From the NCBI GenBank assembly GCA_030867685.1, contig JAQOWU010000008.1, forward strand, positions 2,356,001 through 2,420,000: a stretch of 64,000 nucleotides of DNA, written 5' to 3'. The position numbers were made by a program, and so were the translations under genes. The DNA is from Wickerhamiella versatilis. Lineage: Eukaryota. This document shows positions 41,284 to 51,727 of this stretch, one piece after another. The notes under the pieces were generated by a model. It saw nothing but the letters and a program-made list of their open reading frames with translations, ran no database searches and was not told where the DNA came from. The stretch's first letter is position 1; every line of letters begins with the position of its first letter.

Positions 41284-41562
41284 CGCGTTTTTTTCAGGGG
41301 GGGCTATCGAGATCAGTAATTCACAGGACATATGCGCGCTATCAATTTTGTGCATATCTCTTCGGAGGAAATTCCATATTTTACTATCAACATTTGAACG
41401 CGATATGTTGCTTTACCTTCTTCTTTTTTAAATTTTTTTTTAATTTTTCCGGTGCCACCATGTAAACCCTTGCCCTGAACACCTGGTCTGGTTCGGATCG
41501 TGAGGTTTTTTAAATCGAAGAAACCCTCTGTTTCATCGGTATTGAATTGCCAAGGCTAGGTA

Positions 41563-43166
41563 ATGGGTGCGAGATTCACTGAACCGCACTATTTTGCCGA
41601 GCGACCATGGGTCGAATATGTTTTCATTTTTTGCGCTACTTTGTCTCAGCTATTCAATCTGTCCATCACGAACACGCCATTGGTTCAGCTTAACATTGTC
41701 ACCGAACACTATGGTGCCAGTGAAGCACAAAAAACTTGGTACCAGGCTGCCTTCAGTATGAGCCTTGGTGCGCTCATTTTAGTGTCAGGGAGAATTGGAG
41801 ATGTGTACGGACTTAAAAGAATGGTAATGGGTGGTTATGCCTGGGCAACCTTGTGGACGGTGCTCTTAGGTGCGTCGTACTGGGTCCCCAATATCAATTT
41901 TTATATCATTTGCAGGGCGATGCAAGGCGCTGGTCTCGCATTCGTAGTCCCCAACCTCATGGGTATCGTGGGACGTGTTTATCCTGCTGGATCGCGGCGC
42001 AAAAACATTGTAATGTCTCTTGTTGGGGCGTGTGCTCCAATTGGCGGAGGATTTGGTGTCCTCTTTAGTGGTCTGATCTCGTTGGAAACTAAGTATTTCA
42101 ATGTGGCGTATTTTGCGACAGTCATCGCACTAATTATCGGCATGGTTCTGAGCTGGTTCTCCGTACCACACGTCGAGCTTCCAGCAAACCATGCTAAGGA
42201 GGTGGACTGGATTGGCTGCTCGCTGGGGGTATCAGCATTGGTGCTCTTCAACTTTGTTTGGAATCAGGCTCCATTCGTCGAGTGGAGCAACGGATACATC
42301 ATTGCTCTGCTAATAGTAAGTGTGGCCTGCTTCGTCGTTTTCTTCTGGTATGAGGCGCATATCCCAGAGCGGCCGCTCATACCCCGCAGTCTATTCAAAT
42401 CTGCGAAGTTGTCGATGGTTCTGCTGGCCACATTGCTTGGGTGGGGTTCATTTGGAATATTGATCTTCCACTATTTCCAGTTTGTCCTGAACTTCCGTCA
42501 CTACAACCCCCTGGAGGCTGGCGCTGCACACTCCATTGTCATTTTCTTTGGGGCAGTGGCTGCTATCTCATGCGGAATGGTCATTCATTTCGTCCCTATA
42601 TATGTTATTCTGGCTGTCTCTATGGCATGCTTCTGCGCGGCTGACATCCTTCTGGCCGTCATGCCTGTGGATCAGTCTTATTTCCAGATTAGTATGGGTG
42701 TTTGGATCATTGGAGTGTTCGGTATGGACTGGTCCTTCCCAGCAGGATCTATAGTCATGAGTGATGGACTGCCACCTGAGGCCCAAGGCATTGCTGGTTC
42801 TCTATTGAATACCGTTGTGAACTACGGCAACTCTTTGTTTTTGGGTATCAGTGGCACGATAGAAAAGAAATCCAAGGCTCAGAACTCGATAAGCTCCGGG
42901 CAACGATGTACTTTGCCATTGGGCTCAGTGCCACAGCATTCCTGATCACCACAACTTATACGTTGGTATCGATGCTGCGCAAGAAACCTGAGAAACCAGT
43001 GGACGAGGCTAACGTCGAGCATATCCCCATTGAGAAGAAGGACGAAGAAGCCTCTATATCCGGATCAGGATCAGGATCAGGTGAAATTGGTGATGAACAA
43101 CGTGACGATACAGTTGTTCAATATTATCCTGTCAGAGAACCAGAGGAGGAAATACACTTTACTTAG
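41563..43166 (+). CDS. DHA2-family MFS drug/H+ antiporter (Atr1-like), interrupted by a 1-nt frameshift near 42863-42866
   Basis: SGRIGDVYG, RAMQGAG, GACAPIGG, WNQAP, GMDWSFP. The last TM helix (RATMYFAIGL) lies in the -1 frame (track ORF 42906-43166). Could be a pseudogene or a sequencing error. Confidence 0.85.
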
Positions 43167-43313
43167 AATTGTTCCCTCTTTCATCCTATTTGTGATATTA
43201 AATTTATTATATATGTATTATATATTTGTGTGTTTTTAAAAGTATTTTTATTTCTACAATTTGGTCAAAAAACTCAGCGACCATCCCGCGAGTTATGTAA
43301 GAAAAATTCTATC

Positions 43314-44174
43314 ATGGATGATTTCAGTCTACCGGTACTTGCATACCGCCCTGACGTCAAGATATTGAACAATGCCCTGGATAAAATGGAAATAACTCAA
43401 TTAAATGACTTCGAAGAATCAGCCAGTCTTGACATTGTCACGCATAAGTGGTTGACTAGTCTTGTGGGTAGAGAGCTAAGTTGGATATCTGAAGAAGAGT
43501 CGGAGAAAATAAAAGAAAAAGCCGCAAGAAGATTAGCACAGGCATCCGGAGTGACTGGACGCACGTCGGTTATTCGGACCCTGCATTTGCAAAACTTTAC
43601 GGTAGACCTTTATGAACCGGGAGTTACTGAAGAAAATTTGGGGCATACAACATGGGGTTCTGCCTTAGTTTTAAGCAAGCGTCTCGAAAAGAATCCAAAC
43701 TTGCTTCAGGGACGAGTGATAGAGCTGGGAGCTGGCACAGGATTGTGCGGTCTGGTCGCGGCAAAGCTAGGGTATACAGTCCTACTTACTGACCTCCCTG
43801 GAATAGTCCCAAACCTTCGAATCAACGTGTCTCGCAATGCTGGTATTAATGTCGATGTGGCAGCTTTAGATTGGAGCCGTCCGGAAACTTTTAATATGGA
43901 GCACACGTTCGACACGACCCTGGTCTCTGATCCCGTATATACCCCGGGGCATTCAAAGTTGCTTGCCAATACCATTAAGTACATTGGAAGTCCGCGCGTT
44001 ATAATAGAAATTCCAATTCGTGAAGGCTGGCATGGTGAGCGGTTGAACTTGAACAGTTTAATGCATGAAATGGGTTATCATCCTCAAATTTACGAGGAGC
44101 AGGAGGCTGTGGATGAATTTGGCAAATCACGATCCACTTTTACTTTGTGGATCAATGATATCAAGGACCCCTGA
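43314..44174 (+). CDS. Protein-lysine N-methyltransferase (Efm2/Rrg1-like)
   Basis: LGHTTWGSA, VIELGAGTGLCG, LTDLP, LDW, SDPVY. First ATG is at 43314. Confidence 0.85.
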   Translation: MDDFSLPVLAYRPDVKILNNALDKMEITQLNDFEESASLDIVTHKWLTSLVGRELSWISEEESEKIKEKAARRLAQASGVTGRTSVIRTLHLQNFTVDLYEPGVTEENLGHTTWGSALVLSKRLEKNPNLLQGRVIELGAGTGLCGLVAAKLGYTVLLTDLPGIVPNLRINVSRNAGINVDVAALDWSRPETFNMEHTFDTTLVSDPVYTPGHSKLLANTIKYIGSPRVIIEIPIREGWHGERLNLNSLMHEMGYHPQIYEEQEAVDEFGKSRSTFTLWINDIKDP

Positions 44175-44987
44175 AGGAATTCCTTCGAGAGGACGTCGGT
44201 ACTGGCTGCCAACGGTCCCCTCTGGTCCGTCCATAATCCGGCCCTTGTCGACCAAAAAATCATAATTATCGATAATATGTTCAAATCTTGGTGTTTCTCC
44301 AAACGTCCAAGACCAAGAAGACAGTGTCTGTGCATCCTGCTCGATTTCGGGAGGAACGTCAGAAATCTCCCTTATTTCATGATGCCCGTATAGTCCCTGG
44401 AAGCCGTCGATGCAGGCCTCATAAAACTCCTTCTCAGAAACATTTGCATTGGCCACTGGCGAAGGTATGCTTTCAGTCCCCCTCATTTTTCTGAATTGAT
44501 CCTTTCTTCCCTCTCGACTTAACAGTTTTCGAAGATCCGACAAGTCAGAGTTTAGTAGCATAGTAGCATGATGATAGCATTTCTCCCGATCTATTCTGTA
44601 AGAAGAGCCGCTAACTTTTTCACCGCGACTGTTTACTATGTCGTTCCGCTCATTAACTGAGAGGTCCCGTAGTTTGTCCGTAAGCATATACAGATGTTTG
44701 TCGCGGCTGAACTCCGAACGGGGGAACTGTACGCAGAAATTCACATTTCCCCGATCATGCACCACGGTGCCCCCTCCTGAACGCCTTCTGATTACCTTGG
44801 TTCCTGTGGAACGTGCCCGGGCAAGATTTACCTCGAACCAAGGGTTCTGGTTACGTCCAATTACTACACATGGATTGTTGACGTACAGGAACAACTGTCT
44901 ATTAGCTGGACCAAGTTTACTGAAAAGGCTACTTTCGATGGCTAGGTTCACAGCAGGATCAAAAATTCGTGAAATCCATATGGTCAT
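44127..44987 (-). CDS. AIM22: Lipoate-protein ligase A-like (Aim22/Lip3)
   Basis: VVIGRNQNPW, RRRSGGGTVVHD, KVSGS, YHHATMLL, WTFGETP. Confidence 0.88.
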   Translation of the reverse strand: MTIWISRIFDPAVNLAIESSLFSKLGPANRQLFLYVNNPCVVIGRNQNPWFEVNLARARSTGTKVIRRRSGGGTVVHDRGNVNFCVQFPRSEFSRDKHLYMLTDKLRDLSVNERNDIVNSRGEKVSGSSYRIDREKCYHHATMLLNSDLSDLRKLLSREGRKDQFRKMRGTESIPSPVANANVSEKEFYEACIDGFQGLYGHHEIREISDVPPEIEQDAQTLSSWSWTFGETPRFEHIIDNYDFLVDKGRIMDGPEGTVGSQYRRPLEGIPSGVLDIIDPQSKSGS

Positions 44988-45002
44988 TTGTCATGAAATG
45001 AA

Positions 45003-45605
45003 ATGAATGAGACCGAGTATGATGTGCTACTAAGGTCTCACGGCCCCGCAAGAGCCAAGGAGCTCCTAGACCAAAGGTATTCGCTGCATGGGGAACAAAA
45101 ACCGATCCTGGTATTGCATGAACAGAAAAACAACAAGAGCGGTGCACCGCACGTCGGCCACTCGAGGTCACGAAGAAAACAGGCCAGAGGAAAGTCGAAG
45201 GCAAACAAAGACCTTGCTATTTTTCTGGCTAGCGGAGACTCGAACTACAAAACCTATGAACCTATAAATCTGCTGTGGCGGAGTTACTTCAAAGATACCG
45301 GCAGCGATGCCAGTAGATTACTCAGTGCTGACTGGCATGGTGCTCAGGTAGTCGTGCTGGCATCCCGGAACCCTTCCCAAGTGGGCCTGGAAGGGATAAT
45401 TTTATGGGAAGGCCGGAATTTCATACTTATAGTTACTCCCACCAATGAGTTCAAGCAATTGCCCAAAGCAGGCTGCCTGTTCGAGATCGAGGGATTCCGC
45501 ATCGTCGGTGACCGGGTTCGGGTAAGAAGTGCTGAGCGGACTACGCGTAAATTCAAGCCCCATGGAGTCTCAGACATCACAGAGATTCTCGATATTTTTC
45601 ATTAG
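45003..45605 (+). CDS. POP4: RNase P/MRP subunit Pop4 (p29)
   Basis: LWRSY, LLSADWHGA, SRNPSQVGLEGIILWE, RSAERTTRKFK. Confidence 0.9.
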   Translation: MNETEYDVLLRSHGPARAKELLDQRYSLHGEQKPILVLHEQKNNKSGAPHVGHSRSRRKQARGKSKANKDLAIFLASGDSNYKTYEPINLLWRSYFKDTGSDASRLLSADWHGAQVVVLASRNPSQVGLEGIILWEGRNFILIVTPTNEFKQLPKAGCLFEIEGFRIVGDRVRVRSAERTTRKFKPHGVSDITEILDIFH

Positions 45606-45633
45606 ACATAGGATATATATATTTAACATAACT

Positions 45634-46029
45634 TTACATTAAGTGCTTAGTGTGTTTCATCTTTCGGTGGCGACGGCTACGCTTCGAAGGTATACTGTCG
45701 ACCATATCGCCATAGAGCTCCTCACTTTCAATTGCAGGATTACGCCTAACTACGTTCGTGGGACGCAATGACGTCCACTGCTGAGCAAGTGGAGGGTCAA
45801 ACACGTACTCGGGACGCTCAACGAAGAGTGAGCGTCCATTCTCTAGACCGCTGCAAGCCTCAGCATATGTCTTGCGGCGCACACTAATCTCCGTGAATTC
45901 GGAGTCTACTGTGTCCATAACAACAACGCAATTCTCGGGCAACGTCGCGTCCTCCGTCTGGGTGGCGGTGGGTATGGCCTGTTCAGAAGGTACCTTACCG
46001 GTAACCAGACGCTTGACGAACGAATACAT
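45634..46029 (-). CDS. Hypothetical 131-aa protein
   Basis: ATG ORF downstream of TATATAA with a TGACTCA site upstream. Basic C-terminal tail. Confidence 0.65.
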   Translation of the reverse strand: MYSFVKRLVTGKVPSEQAIPTATQTEDATLPENCVVVMDTVDSEFTEISVRRKTYAEACSGLENGRSLFVERPEYVFDPPLAQQWTSLRPTNVVRRNPAIESEELYGDMVDSIPSKRSRRHRKMKHTKHLM

Positions 46030-46202
46030 GGCTCAATTGCTTTAGATGAGGTGGATGGGTGGCGATGAATGAGAGGAAGTCCCGATGCAGGGTAGGTAAT
46101 GGACCTTATATAAGAAAATACCCCGCGCCCAGAGATTATGCAGGTGAGTCAAAACAATTATAATTGATAATAGATCCGACGCCCGCTCCACAGGAAAGCT
46201 TT

Positions 46203-47507
46203 TTACAAGAACGCGAGCAAAACTGCAGTGGCAAATGTACCTTCCAGGGTGCCCATAACATAAAAGCACCAGCCAAGATGTCCTCGACTGGCAAGCAGCC
46301 CAGTGAAGCCAGGGCCAATGGCACGTGCTAGTGTTTTTATGACGTTAATCAGGCCAAGAATACGCGTACGCTGGCTTGCCTCAACCACCGAAGTAACAAA
46401 TACTTGTCGTGGCACCACATCCATGGTGTCGAATAGCGATCTGAATAGCACAAGCGACATGCCATAATACATGTGTCTCCCCATCAAGGGCACCGCGGCA
46501 CCAAATGCACCAGAGGCGAATTTGGTAAGGGATATGGCTAGAACCGGGCCAATTGCCCTCGTAACCTTAGCTGATGGGAGAGAGGTCAAGGCACTTATGA
46601 AGGATGCGACGAAAAAGAAGCTTCCTACCAGAGTGGATGAGGCCTTGAAATTTCTTAAGAAGTACTCTACCAGCCAGGAGTTCGACATGAACCCATATGC
46701 CAACGAATCAATGCCAAAAAGGAGGCATAGAGCAAACGTAAGTTGGCCCTTCTCAACCTTAGACCGTTGCTGCAATTCCGCCTCACTGGATGGATTTGCG
46801 AGTAGTGGGGTGTTCTCAGCAACTTCATCGGACGGTTCCTCAGCGTCAGGAGCTTCAACCTCTACACCGGCTGGATTGGCCTCAATTGCCTCAACATCAA
46901 GTGGCTTCTGGTACTCGGTACTGTCACTAAGGGTCATGCACATCAACCACGAGACGAGGGCTAGCATTGTATAGCTAAAAAATATAATCCTGTACGCATC
47001 AATATTCCTGCCCGTGTGCCGCGTAAAGAAATCTGAAGCCCACCCTCCGCTTAACGATCCAAATGCCAGTCCCAGCGTGCCAAGTAAATTCTGATATGCG
47101 AAAATGTCCGGCCTATCTGTGAATGGAGTAATGTGGGCCAAAAGCGACTCCTCTATCGCTCTGAAAGGACCAACTTCATCACCGCTAGGAGAAATCACAC
47201 CAAAAACGGCAGCAAATAAGAGCACCCAATAATTACTACTGAAAATAAAAGCAACGCCACTCAATAACATCAAAATACTGCTAAGACAGAGCATTGTCCT
47301 TCTGCCCGCACGATCGGCATAGGTAGTTACCAATGTGGATAGTATAACATCTCCAATAAGAGTCAGAGTCATAAAGCTACCAATTTGTTCATCAGTTGAT
47401 CCCAATGCAGTGAAAAAAGGAACAAGTATTATGGTAGTTAGCCCGTAGGCTAACATACGCACCGTCTTCAACCCGAGAAGTAGATTTTGATCCCTACCAG
47501 GACGCAT
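46203..47507 (-). CDS. MFS membrane protein (YJR124C-like)
   Basis: ADRAGRR, GVISPSGDEVGPFRAIEES, MDVVPRQ, multiple TM helices. Confidence 0.88.
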   Translation of the reverse strand: MRPGRDQNLLLGLKTVRMLAYGLTTIILVPFFTALGSTDEQIGSFMTLTLIGDVILSTLVTTYADRAGRRTMLCLSSILMLLSGVAFIFSSNYWVLLFAAVFGVISPSGDEVGPFRAIEESLLAHITPFTDRPDIFAYQNLLGTLGLAFGSLSGGWASDFFTRHTGRNIDAYRIIFFSYTMLALVSWLMCMTLSDSTEYQKPLDVEAIEANPAGVEVEAPDAEEPSDEVAENTPLLANPSSEAELQQRSKVEKGQLTFALCLLFGIDSLAYGFMSNSWLVEYFLRNFKASSTLVGSFFFVASFISALTSLPSAKVTRAIGPVLAISLTKFASGAFGAAVPLMGRHMYYGMSLVLFRSLFDTMDVVPRQVFVTSVVEASQRTRILGLINVIKTLARAIGPGFTGLLASRGHLGWCFYVMGTLEGTFATAVLLAFL

Positions 47508-47880
47508 GTTGATAATGTAATCAGAAGTGAAAACTTATATACATATACTCTAATGTCTTAAAGGTGCGTCATCTGAATTTTATTGCCATATCTTTGAAAA
47601 ATAAATCTGAGATATCATACGGTGCAAATATAAATATCATTGTTTATCTAGACTTAGCTGTTTTGCGGAGGACTGTAACAGTACCAATGTTGTAGTACTG
47701 AATTTTTTTTCCTTTATGAGCTTCAGATATATATCATCCTAAAAAAGTACTAAGGTACCAAGTAAAAATAACCGGTCTTGAACCAGCCTACTTAACATGC
47801 CCACACAAAGTCAAGCCGTATAGCATTCACCTTATATAGCCTGACTCAGAATTTGTAATCTGAAAACTATCCTGCCGCTA

Positions 47881-49434
47881 ATGAGTGATACTGAAGAGCA
47901 GCCTTCGGTGGTTATTGACGGCAATCTTAAGGATATCGAACCTGAGTTCAGTGGAAGTGAGTCTGGTTATGAAGATGAGGGCCCCTCAGGCTCCACCCTT
48001 ACCGTGGAGAAAAAAGTGACTTTCGCCCCCGAACTTGGTGACGGTATGACTGCGGAGGAGAGGCGTCAAAAAGAGTTTGAAGAAGGTGGAGGTCTTCCTG
48101 AGCAACCTTTGAATCCTGATTTGAGCAAGTTGAATCCTCTGAGCCCTGAAATCATCCAGAGGCAGGCCACCATTAACATTGGTACCATCGGGCACGTAGC
48201 TCATGGAAAATCAACCGTCGTGAAAGCCATTTCTGGTGTTCAGACTGTGCGTTTCAAGAATGAACTTGAGCGTAATATCACGATTCGCCTGGGTTATGCA
48301 AATGCTAAAATTTACAAATGCGAGGATCCTAGCGTACCTGCACCCGGATGCTATAAAAGCTTCGGCTCCGGTAAGGAGATCCGTCCTATAATTGACGGTA
48401 AGCGCTATGGACTGGTGAGACATGTTTCGTTTGTCGACTGTCCAGGTCACGATATCCTGATGAGTACTATGTTGTCGGGTGCCGCAGTTATGGATGCAGC
48501 ACTTTTACTTATCGCTGGTAACGAGCCGTGCCCGCAGCCTCAGACTAGTGAGCACTTGGCTGCCATTGAAATTATGGCTTTGTCCCATGTTATCATCCTG
48601 CAAAACAAGGTGGATCTTATGAAGGAGGAAAGCGCGTTAGAACACGAAAAATCCATTGTGCGCTTTATTAAGGGTACCACGGCCGATGGTGCACCGATTG
48701 TTCCTATCTCGGCTCAGTTAAAGATCAATATTGATGCCGTGAACGAACTTATCTGCACAAGAATCCCCGTTCCACCGCGCGACTTCACAGCGGCACCAAA
48801 GTTGATTGTTGTGCGTAGTTTCGATGTAAATAAACCAGGTTCTGAGGTTGATGACTTGAAGGGCGGTGTTGCTGGTGGCTCAATTGTAAACGGTGTTCTC
48901 CGCCTAGGTGATGAAATCGAAATCAGACCTGGTATTGTGCATCGTTCTGACAATAAGATAGAGTGCCATCCTATTCGCTCTCGTGTTCAGTCGCTGTTTG
49001 CCGATGAAAATGACCTCAAGTTCGCTGTTCCAGGTGGACTCATCGGTGTAGGGTCTAAGATTGATCCAACCCTGTGCCGTGCCGACCGTCTTGTTGGACA
49101 TGTCTTGGGTTATGCAGGACACCTGCCTGATATCTATATTGAACTTGAAGCTAACTACTTCCTTTTGCGTCGACTACTCGGAGTAAAGACGGAGGATAAG
49201 AAGCTTTCCAAGGTTCAGAAACTCACCAAGGGCGAAGTTTTGATGGTTAATGTTGGGTCTACAACTGCCGGTGCAAGAGTTACTTCTGTGAAGGCTGATA
49301 TGGCGAAACTGCTCCTAACCACCCCAGCTTGTACTCAAGTTGGAGAACATATAGCATTATCGCGGAGAATTGAGAAGCATTGGCGTCTGATTGGCTGGGG
49401 TACCATCAAGGCTGGAACAACTCTAGACGTCTAA
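47881..49434 (+). CDS. GCD11: Translation initiation factor eIF2 gamma
   Basis: [36 protein letters not shown]. Confidence 0.98.
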   Translation: MSDTEEQPSVVIDGNLKDIEPEFSGSESGYEDEGPSGSTLTVEKKVTFAPELGDGMTAEERRQKEFEEGGGLPEQPLNPDLSKLNPLSPEIIQRQATINIGTIGHVAHGKSTVVKAISGVQTVRFKNELERNITIRLGYANAKIYKCEDPSVPAPGCYKSFGSGKEIRPIIDGKRYGLVRHVSFVDCPGHDILMSTMLSGAAVMDAALLLIAGNEPCPQPQTSEHLAAIEIMALSHVIILQNKVDLMKEESALEHEKSIVRFIKGTTADGAPIVPISAQLKINIDAVNELICTRIPVPPRDFTAAPKLIVVRSFDVNKPGSEVDDLKGGVAGGSIVNGVLRLGDEIEIRPGIVHRSDNKIECHPIRSRVQSLFADENDLKFAVPGGLIGVGSKIDPTLCRADRLVGHVLGYAGHLPDIYIELEANYFLLRRLLGVKTEDKKLSKVQKLTKGEVLMVNVGSTTAGARVTSVKADMAKLLLTTPACTQVGEHIALSRRIEKHWRLIGWGTIKAGTTLDV

Positions 49435-49568
49435 AAGTAACCACTGGGCCAAATTTGCGTTTTGTTAACTTAGTGTTTAGAGTATGGATATAATATAGCA
49501 AATACGACTTCTCATTGTTGAATCCTTTTTATGCAACAAATGTACGCTGATCCCGGGGCACGTGGTAT

Positions 49569-50813
49569 TTACAGATGCGTCCAGCTATATAGAGGGTGGT
49601 CCTTAGGGACGTGCCGTGGCAGTTCATGGAGACCAATTTCAGGTTTGAACATTTGCAACTGTAAAGGTGCTGGATCAGACGCAGCACCCCAACCTGCGCC
49701 CAAAGGAGCGAGAAGTTGGATACTTTGAAGGCTCTCCCAGGCCCATTGAACAGCGTATGATGACCATATTCTATATCCAGTTATCTTTGAGGAACCATTA
49801 GCTCGCTCCATTTGTATTGACTGTCCCATATGAAGATATTCATCAAGCACAAGCACCAAGTTTACACCCTCGGTTCCATATCGTGTTGCAGCCCGTGCGG
49901 CGCATATTAACACTGCCCACTGGAGCTCTGAAAGGCCTACTGTGAGAGTTATTGCACTTTCAGGTTGGCCCAATGGGTCTTGAACAGGCTGGCGAAGATC
50001 TGAGAAGCTCGATGCGGCTGCCACAATATCGCCAAATGACACACCTATAGCATCTCCATTATTCTCGGTTAAATAAATATCACGACTGAAATTTGATCGT
50101 GCAAGCTCTTCAACTGCTGCATCCCAGTCACTGTTTTTCCCGTCAGAGCCTACCATAGCTTTGACTACTCCAACATATTCATCAAATGTACCAGGATGAT
50201 TTAGTGCAAAGCTTCTGAATGCAGAACGACTGCTAACCCTTCTTTCAAGCGTAGCTTGGAATTCAATACGAACAGATGTAGCCACTATAGCAATTCCAAA
50301 GTCTCCAGGTTGTCCAGCAAGATCAATAAGAGTATATAAAAAATTTTGCTTGCTTGTTGTAGCAAACTTATCAGCCTCTTCAACATAAAAGACTAGGCAT
50401 ACTGGTGGGCTTTCCTCACCTCGCTGAGAGCGTAATAATGCCCATAAATCTCTCAGTGTTTCATTGAGACTGTTATGTTCAATATGGCTAGACGTTTGCT
50501 TGTCTAATTGATGGGCTATTTCCCGCAAAGCAACACGATCATCCGGTATGGCTCGTCCATTTAAGTAAATCTCGATATATTCACCAGAATAGTTTCGACT
50601 GAGCCGAGAGAGTGCCTTGCGACAAGTTGCCGTCTTTCCTGTACCCCTGGGTCCTACTAGCAGACAAGAATGACTTTTACGCAATTCCACTGTGTCCCTG
50701 AGAGATGCATAAACGCTATCACAGATTTCCTCACAACCATGGATATTCTCTGGGTGACTTTTACCCCAAAGCTTTTTTAGTACATAATTTTTAGTGTCCA
50801 GAAAATCTAGCAT
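49569..50813 (-). CDS. ORC4: Origin recognition complex subunit 4
   Basis: HSCLLVGPRGTGKT, DDRVALREIAHQL, KQNFLYTLID, LERRVSSR. Confidence 0.85.
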   Translation of the reverse strand: MLDFLDTKNYVLKKLWGKSHPENIHGCEEICDSVYASLRDTVELRKSHSCLLVGPRGTGKTATCRKALSRLSRNYSGEYIEIYLNGRAIPDDRVALREIAHQLDKQTSSHIEHNSLNETLRDLWALLRSQRGEESPPVCLVFYVEEADKFATTSKQNFLYTLIDLAGQPGDFGIAIVATSVRIEFQATLERRVSSRSAFRSFALNHPGTFDEYVGVVKAMVGSDGKNSDWDAAVEELARSNFSRDIYLTENNGDAIGVSFGDIVAAASSFSDLRQPVQDPLGQPESAITLTVGLSELQWAVLICAARAATRYGTEGVNLVLVLDEYLHMGQSIQMERANGSSKITGYRIWSSYAVQWAWESLQSIQLLAPLGAGWGAASDPAPLQLQMFKPEIGLHELPRHVPKDHPLYSWTHL

Positions 50814-50931
50814 ATGGATACTTCAGTTCTTTGCCAAATTCTCGCCTCACCACTAAAAAAAGGTACAAATCTCACGTTCTTCGGAAGTCACTTTTTTTAA
50901 TAAGCAACCTAATCTCGTCTGAGGCTAAGAT

Positions 50932-51426
50932 ATGTTGCCCAAAGATGTGTTGGAAATGCTCCGGCACAATTCATTGATACAGCTTGCGACATGCAGCAAT
51001 GATGTTCCTTCAGCGAGTCTGATGAATTTCACGTTTATTGAGCCGGGCCAGGGTTTTGATCCTGAGGGACAAGATCATCTTATTGTGATGGCTAGCCCGC
51101 CTAATACTGTGAAGGTAAACAATGTGCAAGCCAATCCTAATGTTTCACTGCTACTTCACGACTGGCAGGCAGCTGCCCAAGAAAGTGAGGGATTGGCTGG
51201 ATTTCTTCAGCAACTCAACCGAAGCGCTTTGGGTCAAAAGAGCGTGACTCTTAACGGAACAGCCAAGGTATTGGATGGCCCTGAGGCAGAACATTACCGC
51301 AAAAAGCATCTTGACAATAACCCCGAGGCAGCTTGCTTTATCACCAACTCACAGATTATAATAATAAATACGACTGGTGTGAAAGTTGCGGATTCGCGAA
51401 ATCATGTAAAAACGTTTACACCTTAA
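50932..51426 (+). CDS. Pyridoxamine 5'-phosphate oxidase-like FMN-binding protein (YLR456W-like)
   Basis: LATCSNDVPSASLMNFT, NPNVSLLLHDW, SVTLNG. Confidence 0.85.
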   Translation: MLPKDVLEMLRHNSLIQLATCSNDVPSASLMNFTFIEPGQGFDPEGQDHLIVMASPPNTVKVNNVQANPNVSLLLHDWQAAAQESEGLAGFLQQLNRSALGQKSVTLNGTAKVLDGPEAEHYRKKHLDNNPEAACFITNSQIIIINTTGVKVADSRNHVKTFTP

Positions 51427-51727
51427 CTATTACATGAATTTCTCCGGCGAGTAGCATCCTTTCATAAGTTCTAGTTAGTTAACTTTATATAGGTCACTTT
51501 GGATATTTATATTAGTTGTACCAAAAGAATGCTGGTTCAAGATTAAAACTATTAGTAGAACACAGCACAGATTCAACATCACAAACAATATTAGTCTGCC
51601 AGAAAAAAATGAAATCATTTTACACGCGCCACCACTATCTATTAGTTAGTTTTCATGCCACTTTGATGCGAACCAGGATGCAACCATCACTCTAAACTTC
51701 ATCAGTCCAGTTAATGGCATTATATCT

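Noticed and set aside
44127-44987. Bacterial horizontal origin of the short LplA-like gene
   Set aside because: Motifs (LFLYVN.PCVVIGRNQNPW, YHHATMLL) match fungal Aim22 better than bacterial LplA.
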